Positions 19,537-28,049 of a DNA stretch of 64,000 nt are shown here, piece by piece. The stretch's first letter is position 1. Each line of letters starts with the position of its first letter. A model generated the notes under the pieces. That model did not search any database. It was not told the origin of the DNA and was given only the letters and a program-made list of their open reading frames with translations. Location: the sequence record NC_061441.1. One strand, 5' to 3'. The position numbers and the translations under genes are program-made.

Positions 19537-19546
19537 GGAGTAATGT

Positions 19547-20248
19547 ATGAAAAAGATTCAACACGTAACACTTCCGACCGATGCACTCAACGGACTCATT
19601 CATGGCTATTACCACCATAGCAAAACCACTGATGAATTTTGCAGATCGTTGATCTATATTGACGTTACCGACCGCAGCGCCTCAGATGCGCTGTATGCTA
19701 TATTGAAACGTGAGCCGACAAAAGGCATTGTCCCTATGGGATATGATTGCTTACGAGAAGCACGTGGGCACACTGCTCCAGCACAACTCGCAATCGTATT
19801 GTCCAACAACCTGTTGCATATAGATAATACGAAGATGGCTGGAGGCGTACAGGCCATCTTTAACGCTCTGGCCAGAACCACGCACACCAACGATACTCAA
19901 ATAACTGTGTACGGCGAGCCTGGAGTAAGTAAGATTCTCAACATAATGCGCGACATTCAATATAAAGAATATATTAACGCGCCTGAATCCGACATTGTGC
20001 TTGGCGACTTTAACCTTGAGTCGAACATGACTATAGACCATTTCGTTCACATGGCTATCGATCCTAAGTTCGAAGAAGCTATCCGCAATTCTCCTGCCAC
20101 AGAATTTAAACTGGGCAGCAGTTTCATGTTCATGCACCCAGATGAATTGACTAAGGTTGTACGCATGGTCCGCCGTTGCAGTAAAATCTGCATCATGCAC
20201 CCTGACATTCATCGCTATTACTTTGAGAACGTAATCTGTAAATACTAA
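19547..20248 (+). CDS. Hypothetical protein, paralogue of 21398..22165
   Basis: 233 aa; collinear motifs with 21398..22165. Confidence 0.75.
   Translation: MKKIQHVTLPTDALNGLIHGYYHHSKTTDEFCRSLIYIDVTDRSASDALYAILKREPTKGIVPMGYDCLREARGHTAPAQLAIVLSNNLLHIDNTKMAGGVQAIFNALARTTHTNDTQITVYGEPGVSKILNIMRDIQYKEYINAPESDIVLGDFNLESNMTIDHFVHMAIDPKFEEAIRNSPATEFKLGSSFMFMHPDELTKVVRMVRRCSKICIMHPDIHRYYFENVICKY
20233..20244 (+). promoter_or_regulatory. AATCTGTAAATA motif at the end of 19547..20248
   Basis: Exact copy upstream of the AcrVA2-like gene. Confidence 0.5.
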
Positions 20249-20296
20249 TCACCAAACCGAACACATTGCTGTGTGTAGTCTAGCCCGACTTGGGCA

Positions 20297-20327
20297 GGGG
20301 AGAGCCGGATGGCCTCCCCATTTTTTT
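20297..20327 (+). terminator. Intrinsic terminator in the leader of the AcrVA2-like gene
   Basis: GGGGAG-A-GCC-GGAT-GGC-CTCCCC-A-T7. Confidence 0.8.
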
Positions 20328-20350
20328 ATCTACACACTGCGGAGAACAGT

Positions 20351-21352
20351 ATGTCTAAAACGAAGTCAACTCCACAGACCTTCCTCGACCTATTCTTAAA
20401 GGATGTTAAGCTCTTTCTGCCAAGGTTCGACAAAGGACTGGACGCGTACTTATTGAAGTGCAAAGGCAAGCCGGGTCCTTATGGCGTATCGCTTCATCAA
20501 TACATGAAGTGGCTAAATCCTGTAGCGCGACTTCCTGCCAACGCAAGCGAAGTGTCTATCATCACATCAGGCTACCTGCATTACTTTTGGCAACTCGCTA
20601 AACCTAACTTTGTGTTGGAGCCTGTGCTTGTCAATCATTTGGTTGAGTCTGTGTTGCCTGACGAACTCCCGGCTGAGATTCTTCAACGTCTGCCTTACTG
20701 GAGTCAGTGGATTACGTTGCCTCTGCATCTGGTAAGCAAAGACAATATTCTGGATCTGGACTTCGATGGTGCTTTCGTTGGGTATACATCAATCGACAAC
20801 AGACCTGCGCTTGTCCTTGCGGCACCGTTTGTTTCCAACAATCAAAACATGCGCTCGAACGACTTCACACCGTTCGTTACATCGCATGTATTTCTTGATG
20901 CTCCTGTACGTCCAGAGTTTTTGGTAAGGAACAGCCACATACTCAACGTTGATGCAGACGCAATGAGCAAAGAAGCATACACCGTATTGATAATGAACAT
21001 TCACCACTTCCTGGTGAAAGTGATCAACTGTGTCATGTATATCTGCTCGCAACAGGAAGCACTGTATCAGGAAGGTCATTCTCAACCTAAGCCGCAGCGT
21101 CTAGGTAAGAGCTATCGCATCACGCCACCGAAAGATGATCGCATGATCACGGTGGGCGCCGAGATGACCAAGATACTCAAAGACTTCGAAGCAGAAGTCG
21201 AATCGTGTGCTCGCGCTTTCAATGGGCGTAAGCCGCATATACGAAAAGCGCACTACCACCACTTCTGGACAGGACCGAAAGTAGGAGTTCGTACCCTTGT
21301 CTGTAAGTGGTTGCCACCAAGTATTGTTCGCGGCACCATCGTAGAGCAATAA
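20351..21352 (+). CDS. AcrVA2/FinQ-family protein
   Basis: LPDELPAEILQRLPYW and C-terminal RKPHIRKAHYHHFWTGP...KWLPP match recalled AcrVA2 (LPDDTPTSIFLNLPDW; RPHIRRGHWHGYWQG...RWQP); GGAG RBS. Confidence 0.75.
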   Translation: MSKTKSTPQTFLDLFLKDVKLFLPRFDKGLDAYLLKCKGKPGPYGVSLHQYMKWLNPVARLPANASEVSIITSGYLHYFWQLAKPNFVLEPVLVNHLVESVLPDELPAEILQRLPYWSQWITLPLHLVSKDNILDLDFDGAFVGYTSIDNRPALVLAAPFVSNNQNMRSNDFTPFVTSHVFLDAPVRPEFLVRNSHILNVDADAMSKEAYTVLIMNIHHFLVKVINCVMYICSQQEALYQEGHSQPKPQRLGKSYRITPPKDDRMITVGAEMTKILKDFEAEVESCARAFNGRKPHIRKAHYHHFWTGPKVGVRTLVCKWLPPSIVRGTIVEQ

Positions 21353-21397
21353 CTTTTATCTCAACTCCACGTATGGGCGTTATGCCCGGAGGCTATT

Positions 21398-22165
21398 ATG
21401 AAATCTCGTGTACAACATGCGTATATTCCTGATATGGAATCGTTTGACCCTTACGTCCGCTCTCTGTGCCATATGGCGCGAGCACTGGACACACCGAACT
21501 CTAACTACGGTAAGTTGAAACGTGTCGTGATCATCGGTACGTCGAAGCGTGTGGTTGAGGCATACGTTAAGCAGTTACTCAACACAAACACGCTGCCGCA
21601 CACTCTCATTTGTTTTGGCGTAGACGAACCGCCTATCAGTCACCGTGATTATACCTACGCTGGCGCCCACGTTGTGCTGATGCACGATCTGACCTACGTT
21701 GATAGCGGCACAATGGACAAGGTCGCCACGCGTGTGATTGAAATCATCGACAGCCTCAAACAGAAGCCTGGCGAAACAGAACTTAAAAATTCCGAGCTGT
21801 CTATGGTGTATTCGAATCCTCTGCTGTGGCGATCCATTATCGACTACGGTGCTTCCGTTTCTCTGCGCATGAATGGTAGCAATATTGAATACCGTAGCGG
21901 TCTGGTGTCGTCTATTGGCTTCGATGCGTTGTTACGTTGTGAAAGCAATGCAGACTACCATGAACTTCGCGCTGATAAGATTACGATCGGTCTGGAGTTC
22001 TTCTGCGTACACACGGACTACCTGCTGTCAAAAGTACACAACCTGCTGTGGTCGCTCGCTTGTGACGACTGCAAATTCAAAAAGACGCACCGTATTATCT
22101 TCCATGAAGACTTCCGACGCTTATTCTTCGAAGAATATCTCTTGAGGGACTTCCAGGGCTTTTAA
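21398..22165 (+). CDS. Hypothetical protein, paralogue of 19547..20248
   Basis: 255 aa, GGAGG RBS. Confidence 0.75.
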   Translation: MKSRVQHAYIPDMESFDPYVRSLCHMARALDTPNSNYGKLKRVVIIGTSKRVVEAYVKQLLNTNTLPHTLICFGVDEPPISHRDYTYAGAHVVLMHDLTYVDSGTMDKVATRVIEIIDSLKQKPGETELKNSELSMVYSNPLLWRSIIDYGASVSLRMNGSNIEYRSGLVSSIGFDALLRCESNADYHELRADKITIGLEFFCVHTDYLLSKVHNLLWSLACDDCKFKKTHRIIFHEDFRRLFFEEYLLRDFQGF

Positions 22166-22196
22166 GATTATTCTTAGCCTGCTCTCTAATTTCAAT

Positions 22197-22499
22197 ATGT
22201 TGGCAAGTAGTGCTGACATATCGTTATTGGAGAATAACATGTGCGAACGTAGCCATTTGCGGTTGAAGTACCTCGCACGGTCATCTGGCTGGTGCAATAA
22301 TAAAGTAAACGCTTGTAGTGAGCGGAAGGCGAAGAATGTACAATGCGAAGAATTTTTGGCTGCGACCAAAGATTGCCGCAGCGAACAGAAGTCGTCCAGT
22401 GTTGTTTCATTCTTCAAAGGTCATGAGCTGGTTGGTCAGGCTATATGGCATGAGATAGAGGGGGACAGCACACTTCAATTCCGGTTGCTACTTGCTTAA
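22197..22499 (+). CDS. Possible hypothetical protein (start perhaps ~22238 after GGAG)
   Basis: Fills the gap before a terminator; no motif. Confidence 0.45.
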   Translation: MLASSADISLLENNMCERSHLRLKYLARSSGWCNNKVNACSERKAKNVQCEEFLAATKDCRSEQKSSSVVSFFKGHELVGQAIWHEIEGDSTLQFRLLLA

Positions 22500-22505
22500 C
22501 GACAG

Positions 22506-22546
22506 AGGGCCTTTCAGAGTAATATCTGGTGGGCCCTTTCTTCTTT
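22506..22546 (+). terminator. Intrinsic terminator
   Basis: AGGGCCT...CAGA-GTAATA-TCTG...GGGCCCT-TTCTTCTTT. Confidence 0.65.
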
Positions 22547-22597
22547 CTATGCTAATTTTTAACGTCATTACACACCAACCGACTTCGGGGTATCACT

Positions 22598-24286
22598 ATG
22601 TCTTTGATTAAGATCGAAGGCGTCCAATCATTATCTGCGCCTACCAAAGCCCAGAAAGACGCCGCAATTTATATGTTTGGTTCTAAGGGCCATTCAATCG
22701 TCGCCGTACTCGACAAGTTCAGTCGTGTAAAAGAACTGCGTACTGCCCACATTGACGGTCTGCTCAAGCTGATGAAAGAAGGTGAAGATGACGAGATCGT
22801 CAAGTTCACTGCATCGGCTGCTGGTAAGAAATCTCTGGCTGCGGCCAAGCAATTCGCTACAGCCAAAACTCTGGCTATGTCCATCAAAGCGCTGAAACTG
22901 ATTCGCGTTCCGATGAAGTGGATCGCTGGTCACTCTGATGCAGCAGCGGCCCGTATCACCGAGACGAAAGAAATTCGCGCTCGTAAGACTGCTGGCAACA
23001 AGCCAGAGAAGCCAATCAAACTCGATAATCCTCATGCGCCAGAAGCGACAACGGCCGAACAGACCAAGCAGAACTCTGCCTTGAGCAAAATCTACAAGCT
23101 GCCTAAAAACGGCAATGGTTATGACAATAAACTGTCTCCGCAGTGGAACGCCCTGATTAAAACAATCAACACTACCTTCAAAGGGATGTTCGCTGCCAAG
23201 TGGATCAAAGCCGAAGGTGCTATTCGCATCACGCCTAAAGGTCCTGGGTATCGCTCAATCCCTGAAGCCTTCTTGGGTGCTATCCCTGAAGACAATAGCT
23301 GGCAGATGTATACCGTGTCACCGCGCGGGCAGGTTGAAGGCTACGCTATCGGCAATCAACTGACTATGGCTTCTGTTGCTATATTCATGCGTGACTTCAT
23401 GGCGACCAAGAAGACTCCTGATGTTGCAGCCATCAATAAGATGGTTGCTGGCGCTACTGCGTTCAACACAGAAGTCCTGCACACCGAAGAGAACAGCCCA
23501 GAACTGAAAGAACTGGGTGATGCTCAACGCAAGCTGGACGCAGAAGGTGTAGCAAAAGGCGCCATCAACTCTGTTACCAAGATCACTTCGGCTAACGTGT
23601 CTAAGATTACACGTGGAGCGCAGATTAAGATCGAAGAACAGTTGAACAGCAAGCTGGGGAATGTTCTGTATAACGCAAACTTCCGTGAGAAAGGCACCTA
23701 CCCAGCGCTCGATGGTTACCTGTTTGAAATGACTCAGGCGACTAAGCATAGCGGTTCGGGCAACAAGTACGCAGCGTTCGCACTGATTCCTCCTCAGAAA
23801 GGTACTCAACTTGCAGGTCAGACTTGGCGTGTAGCGGCATTTAACATGGGCCGCCAGACTGCCACTGACCTGATTGATATCGGTGCTAAGTTCTCTCTGG
23901 CGAAAGTGAAGTCTGCTATCAAACAGATTGACGGCGTTTCTTCTGCAAAGTACACACCGTCAGGTAAGTCGCCTGACTCTTTGGTGGATGAAATCGCAGA
24001 AACCCCTGCTCGTAAAATCGCAGCAATGCCTTTACAGGGACGCGAAGAATACTTCAACGCCCTGAACGCTGTCATTCAGCGTAACATGCCTCACGCAAAC
24101 GTGATTGTGTCTTCTGATGGCCTGACGATAACAAAAGGCAGTAAGATGCACACCGTGAGCCTGACTGATAAAGGCTGGTTCATTAAGACTGGCGCCACAG
24201 GCAAACCAAAACGTATCGGCGTAACGTTCGATATTGTTGACCTGCTCGGCATGATCGACAAGAGCATTCTCAAACCTAAAGCGTAA
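22598..24286 (+). CDS. Large Lys/Ala-rich hypothetical protein, possibly virion-internal
   Basis: 562 aa monocistron between two terminators. Confidence 0.75.
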   Translation: MSLIKIEGVQSLSAPTKAQKDAAIYMFGSKGHSIVAVLDKFSRVKELRTAHIDGLLKLMKEGEDDEIVKFTASAAGKKSLAAAKQFATAKTLAMSIKALKLIRVPMKWIAGHSDAAAARITETKEIRARKTAGNKPEKPIKLDNPHAPEATTAEQTKQNSALSKIYKLPKNGNGYDNKLSPQWNALIKTINTTFKGMFAAKWIKAEGAIRITPKGPGYRSIPEAFLGAIPEDNSWQMYTVSPRGQVEGYAIGNQLTMASVAIFMRDFMATKKTPDVAAINKMVAGATAFNTEVLHTEENSPELKELGDAQRKLDAEGVAKGAINSVTKITSANVSKITRGAQIKIEEQLNSKLGNVLYNANFREKGTYPALDGYLFEMTQATKHSGSGNKYAAFALIPPQKGTQLAGQTWRVAAFNMGRQTATDLIDIGAKFSLAKVKSAIKQIDGVSSAKYTPSGKSPDSLVDEIAETPARKIAAMPLQGREEYFNALNAVIQRNMPHANVIVSSDGLTITKGSKMHTVSLTDKGWFIKTGATGKPKRIGVTFDIVDLLGMIDKSILKPKA

Positions 24287-24288
24287 TC

Positions 24289-24317
24289 AAAAGGGGTGGC
24301 TTCGGCTGCCCCTTTTT
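24289..24317 (+). terminator. Intrinsic terminator (A-run/T-run flanked)
   Basis: AAAAGGGGTGGC-TTCG-GCTGCCCCTTTTT. Confidence 0.85.
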
Positions 24318-24344
24318 GCGTCTATATGCGCCACAAATCTGATG

Positions 24345-24403
24345 AACTCTGCACATAATAGGATGAAATCGCCATGTACGCGCCCGTGCGCCCGTGATAC
24401 AAT
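24345..24403 (+). promoter_or_regulatory. Early promoter cassette P1
   Basis: AACTCTGCACATAATAGGATGAAATCG; TG-A-TACAAT begins 37 nt after the GG; hairpin 24413-24429. Confidence 0.75.
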
Positions 24404-24440
24404 ACACGTAGACGCTACATGTCGTAGCGCATACAACTAC

Positions 24441-24460
24441 TGCCGAGGGGCACACAATGA
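24441..24460 (+). repeat. 20-nt leader/RBS TGCCGAGGGGCACACAATGA, repeated at 24913-24932
   Basis: Identical translation-initiation regions on two adjacent genes. Confidence 0.85.
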
Positions 24461-24831
24461 CTGCTATCAAATTTGATTCTGTTTACGACATTCTTACCGA
24501 GATGGACGAATGCGCCAGAGATGTTGACTTCACCAAGACTCTTGGCTTCGACCCAATCAAAGTAGAAATTCTGCAATGCGGTCTGCAAGAAGATCTCGGC
24601 GTGTACGCGTGTTTGCCGAACGCCACAAACATTCTGATTGCCGATTCGACTGACCTGTTCTCTGAGCACCTTAAAGGTGACGGCGAAATCACAGTCTGCC
24701 GAATCTTAACGCCTAACGGCGAGATGTTCGATGAGCCAGAAGTCGAAGTCAAACAGCTTGGCACGTTCAATGATTTTGATTCAGCTTATGCTGCATGGTT
24801 AGCGGCGATTAACGAAGAAATCGACAAATAA
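24457..24831 (+). CDS. Acidic hypothetical protein
   Basis: 124 aa, D/E-rich. Confidence 0.8.
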   Translation: MTAIKFDSVYDILTEMDECARDVDFTKTLGFDPIKVEILQCGLQEDLGVYACLPNATNILIADSTDLFSEHLKGDGEITVCRILTPNGEMFDEPEVEVKQLGTFNDFDSAYAAWLAAINEEIDK

Positions 24832-24876
24832 TAGGTCAAAAGCGCTGTAGCAATGCAGCGCTATTTATCGTACTAT
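24825..24876 (+). promoter_or_regulatory. Early promoter cassette P2
   Basis: CAAATAATAGGTCAAAAGCG; TACTAT 37 nt after the GG; hairpin GCGC-AATGAT-GCGC. Confidence 0.6.
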
Positions 24877-24928
24877 GTAATCTCTGGCGCAATGATGCGC
24901 ACATACAACACTTGCCGAGGGGCACACA

Positions 24929-25630
24929 ATGAAAGCAGCAAACTTTGACGTAGCATTTAACGCGAAAGACGAAGCAACCTTAAACGCATACGCAGCGAAA
25001 ATTCTCGAAGCGCTTAACGCTCTGGGGCGTTATGACCTGAAGATCAATATCATCTTCGGCACTGACCCGTTCGGCGAACGCCCTGATTTTGTGAATGACC
25101 CGAACGGTTTTCGCGTTACACAGAACGGCGAAGAAATTTTTGATATCTACACGCCGACAGAAAAACAGATTGAAGGCGATGCGTCAGATGCTTTCATCTA
25201 CGCTTCATGGGCCGACGGCGAAGCGCCGTGGGGTAAAGACGTGTCAGACAATGACATTGCAGAAATCGCCGAACACCTGAACGCTGCAATCCCGCGTGTC
25301 GGCCGTGTGTTCAACGAATCTGATCGTCAGATGCTGCAAAAACTCGCCGACACTTTGAACGCTCGTATGGATCGTACCGATGCGCGAGTGATCGTAACGA
25401 ACGGTGCCGAAGACGATCTGATTCTTATGGTAGTTGGCTATGACGCCGAAGAAGATGAAGTCAGTGATGAATACGGCTTCTTCTTGAGCCTGCCGTACAC
25501 AGATGAAGACGGCACCGACGAGAAATACAGTCTGCACTACGCTGGCTATCCCGGCGTGAACGACCACTCATATAGCTCTGCTGACCTCGACGAAATTTCA
25601 GAAGAAATCGAGTCACTCGACCTGCTCTAA
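24929..25630 (+). CDS. Very acidic hypothetical protein
   Basis: 233 aa, D/E-rich throughout. Confidence 0.8.
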   Translation: MKAANFDVAFNAKDEATLNAYAAKILEALNALGRYDLKINIIFGTDPFGERPDFVNDPNGFRVTQNGEEIFDIYTPTEKQIEGDASDAFIYASWADGEAPWGKDVSDNDIAEIAEHLNAAIPRVGRVFNESDRQMLQKLADTLNARMDRTDARVIVTNGAEDDLILMVVGYDAEEDEVSDEYGFFLSLPYTDEDGTDEKYSLHYAGYPGVNDHSYSSADLDEISEEIESLDLL

Positions 25631-25692
25631 TCACTAACTAACTGCGGGGTTACGGCCCCGCTTACTTCACAATCTAATTGAGAGAACATGCC

Positions 25693-26307
25693 ATGAACCT
25701 TATCAATACTTTCTTCGTCAAACGCTCTTACGCTTCTCTGGCCGCAGGTAACTTTGCAATCGACGCCAAGCACGTACAAGAGCTGGTGGAATGTGAGTGT
25801 ATGATCGTACACGTAGACACCGGCCACCGTAATGCGTTCGCATTAAAGAACATCTCTATCACGCCTATCGACGAACACAACGTTCGCATTACGTTCGACC
25901 CGCTGACCGACGCACACGCGATGCCTGTGACTGTCATGCCGAAAGATCTGAAAGGTAGCATTGAAGTCTACGGCATGTATGTAGAAGACCTGAAAGACGT
26001 GCCACGTTTCAGCGTGTCGAATGACGCATCAGGCAACAATCCAAATCTGCTGTCACTTGATCTCGAAAGCCGCCAGCGCTTCGTTCAATACTTCGGTGGC
26101 ATGTGTACGCTGACTGACCTGTGCCTGACGCTGCATGAGAAAGGCATTCACGTTGTCGATATCCACAACAACGTTAAGCAGCACGATCACGGCGTTGGCG
26201 TTTTCACTCAGCGTTATCGCACCGCATTCGAACTGAACAAAGACAATGGCGTTAAGCGCCACAACGACGACTATCCTGTTTTGGCGCGCATGACCGTTTT
26301 AATGTAA
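25693..26307 (+). CDS. Hypothetical protein
   Basis: Track ORF 25678..26307; ATG 25693 after GAGAG. Confidence 0.75.
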   Translation: MNLINTFFVKRSYASLAAGNFAIDAKHVQELVECECMIVHVDTGHRNAFALKNISITPIDEHNVRITFDPLTDAHAMPVTVMPKDLKGSIEVYGMYVEDLKDVPRFSVSNDASGNNPNLLSLDLESRQRFVQYFGGMCTLTDLCLTLHEKGIHVVDIHNNVKQHDHGVGVFTQRYRTAFELNKDNGVKRHNDDYPVLARMTVLM

Positions 26308-26355
26308 ACACACCTTGCCTCGCATACCGCGGGGCTTTTCTATTTGGAGAATGCT

Positions 26356-26616
26356 ATGTACCACTATACGCGTGAAGAACTGGAAGAAATGAACTGCATC
26401 GAACTGGACCAGCTTGCAAACGAGCGCGGTCTGCTGGAAGATAAAGACGATGACGACGATCTGGACAATGACCTGCTCATCGGCATGATTCTTGACGACC
26501 AGAACGAACAGCAACTGGCAGACGAAGAAGCCGAAGATAAGCAACGCGCCGAAGATGATCGCGACCCACGTATTAATCGCCGTGACGGCCAAGACGGTTC
26601 AGACGACTATTGCTGA
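26356..26616 (+). CDS. Small acidic protein with Rho_N/HeH-like module
   Basis: LEEMNCIELDQLANERGL...DLLIGMIL. Confidence 0.65.
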   Translation: MYHYTREELEEMNCIELDQLANERGLLEDKDDDDDLDNDLLIGMILDDQNEQQLADEEAEDKQRAEDDRDPRINRRDGQDGSDDYC

Positions 26617-26673
26617 TTAAGTAAACCAAGAGGCTGCCAGCGCTGGTGGCCTCACTCACAAGAAGGAGCAATA

Positions 26674-27021
26674 ATGAAGCGCAAAGTAATATTGATAGAC
26701 ACGGCAGAGTTTCACAACCAACCCATCTCGTTTCCATCGATCATTGATTTTGACGGCATAGACACGGTGGTGTTTGTTGTGAAGTCAAATGGTGAGCACG
26801 GAGGCATTGATTATCTTGGTGCGTACTGTGCAACACAAATGACAGTTGGCTATACGAAAGCGCCTATGGCGCAGACGTTGAACATCGACGAATATGGCGT
26901 TGTGCCTCTCGAAGATGATATGAAGGCCAAGCTACTCCACACCAACCAGTACGTTGACGAAGTGCCTGAGCAACATCAAAGCATCTACAGCACGAAGACT
27001 GAAATCCTCTTCGCTGAGTAA
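26674..27021 (+). CDS. Hypothetical protein
   Basis: AAGGAG RBS, 115 aa. Confidence 0.75.
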   Translation: MKRKVILIDTAEFHNQPISFPSIIDFDGIDTVVFVVKSNGEHGGIDYLGAYCATQMTVGYTKAPMAQTLNIDEYGVVPLEDDMKAKLLHTNQYVDEVPEQHQSIYSTKTEILFAE

Positions 27022-27025
27022 CCAC

Positions 27026-27054
27026 AAGGGCTGCCATTATTGGTGGCCCTTTTT
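27026..27054 (+). terminator. Intrinsic terminator; related hairpin at 26630-26653
   Basis: AAGGGCTGCCA-TTAT-TGGTGGCCCTT-TTT. Confidence 0.8.
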
Positions 27055-27056
27055 CA

Positions 27057-27068
27057 TTTCTGTAAATA
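27057..27068 (+). promoter_or_regulatory. Variant motif TTTCTGTAAATA upstream of 27099
   Basis: Core CTGTAAATA, intergenic. Confidence 0.5.
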
Positions 27069-27098
27069 CCTCGTACATTCACTGATGCGAGAAACACA

Positions 27099-27470
27099 AT
27101 GCGCCGCTTTCTGACAGTCTTCAATGTCACTCAACAGGAGTTTGACGAACTACGCTTCTACCGCCACAAGCTCAACATCGTAACCACTTTGCGCCGCACT
27201 CACGGCATACTGCTGGTGGTACGTGAGACAGGCCGTGTGTTCAATGCCTCAACCGCCCTGTATCAACAAGCCGAAGAATACGACTTGCGCCGCGTAGACT
27301 TCACTGGTCCTGTCGAAGTGACCAAAGAGTTAGGCGAACGCTTCTCTGAACTCAAGCAGGCAATCGCAAACAACCGGCAGGATAAAAGCATCAACTACTT
27401 TGGCCGCACTCTCTCGCTCGACGAAACTCAAGAGCGATTGTACGCCACTAAACTGGAGATACTCGTATGA
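27099..27470 (+). CDS. Hypothetical protein
   Basis: 123 aa ORF. Confidence 0.7.
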   Translation: MRRFLTVFNVTQQEFDELRFYRHKLNIVTTLRRTHGILLVVRETGRVFNASTALYQQAEEYDLRRVDFTGPVEVTKELGERFSELKQAIANNRQDKSINYFGRTLSLDETQERLYATKLEILV

Positions 27471-27709
27471 CAACAATCGGTGCCTCGCTTGGTGCTCGCT
27501 TCGCTGCCACATCTTCGGAGCGTTGTTCTTCCCGCAAGAAAGCCAAGCCGCGCAACAAGACGCTGACTGCCGCAACAACTGCCGACATTCATAGCGCTGT
27601 CGAACGCCTGGCAATCAAGCTGGACACAACACGCTCGAACGTAATCGAGATCGCACTCAAAGAACTGTGCGCGAAACATGGCATAGCGATAGGCGATACC
27701 GATGAGTAA
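27467..27709 (+). CDS. Ribbon-helix-helix (CopG/Arc-like) DNA-binding protein
   Basis: TLTAATTADIHSAVERLAIKLDTTRSNVIEIALKEL fits the strand-helix-helix pattern. Confidence 0.65.
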   Translation: MTTIGASLGARFAATSSERCSSRKKAKPRNKTLTAATTADIHSAVERLAIKLDTTRSNVIEIALKELCAKHGIAIGDTDE

Positions 27710-28049
27710 CTTTATCTACTGTAGGCTGTACGGCGTTCAACATCGCCTGAATGTAGAAGGCATCGACTTCTCACAACAGACCGTATCGTATATGGTATCT
27801 GCCTCTGATGTGCTGCGCATGATGCCGCGCATTCAGGTAGGTGCGGCCTATGACACGTACACGCCATACAATGTGCTTAAGGCAGGACGTGCTGACTTCA
27901 AGATCAAAAAGATTGAGAAGATAAGCGCCGACGAGTGGCGCTATTCGTTTGTTGATTATGCTGATAGACCGTTCAACACAATTCTTAAACGGAGGTCGTA
28001 TGTCGATAGGACTAGTGAAAGTCGTCGGCTTAAAAGACAAAGCGCCTAA
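27702..28049 (+). CDS. Hypothetical protein
   Basis: 115 aa, overlapping start. Confidence 0.65.
   Translation: MSNFIYCRLYGVQHRLNVEGIDFSQQTVSYMVSASDVLRMMPRIQVGAAYDTYTPYNVLKAGRADFKIKKIEKISADEWRYSFVDYADRPFNTILKRRSYVDRTSESRRLKRQSA

Noticed and set aside
22552-22563. CTAATTT(T)TAA as a third (late) promoter class, also at ~1552-1562 on the minus strand
   Set aside because: Only two loose AT-rich instances in the window; not distinguishable from chance without the full genome
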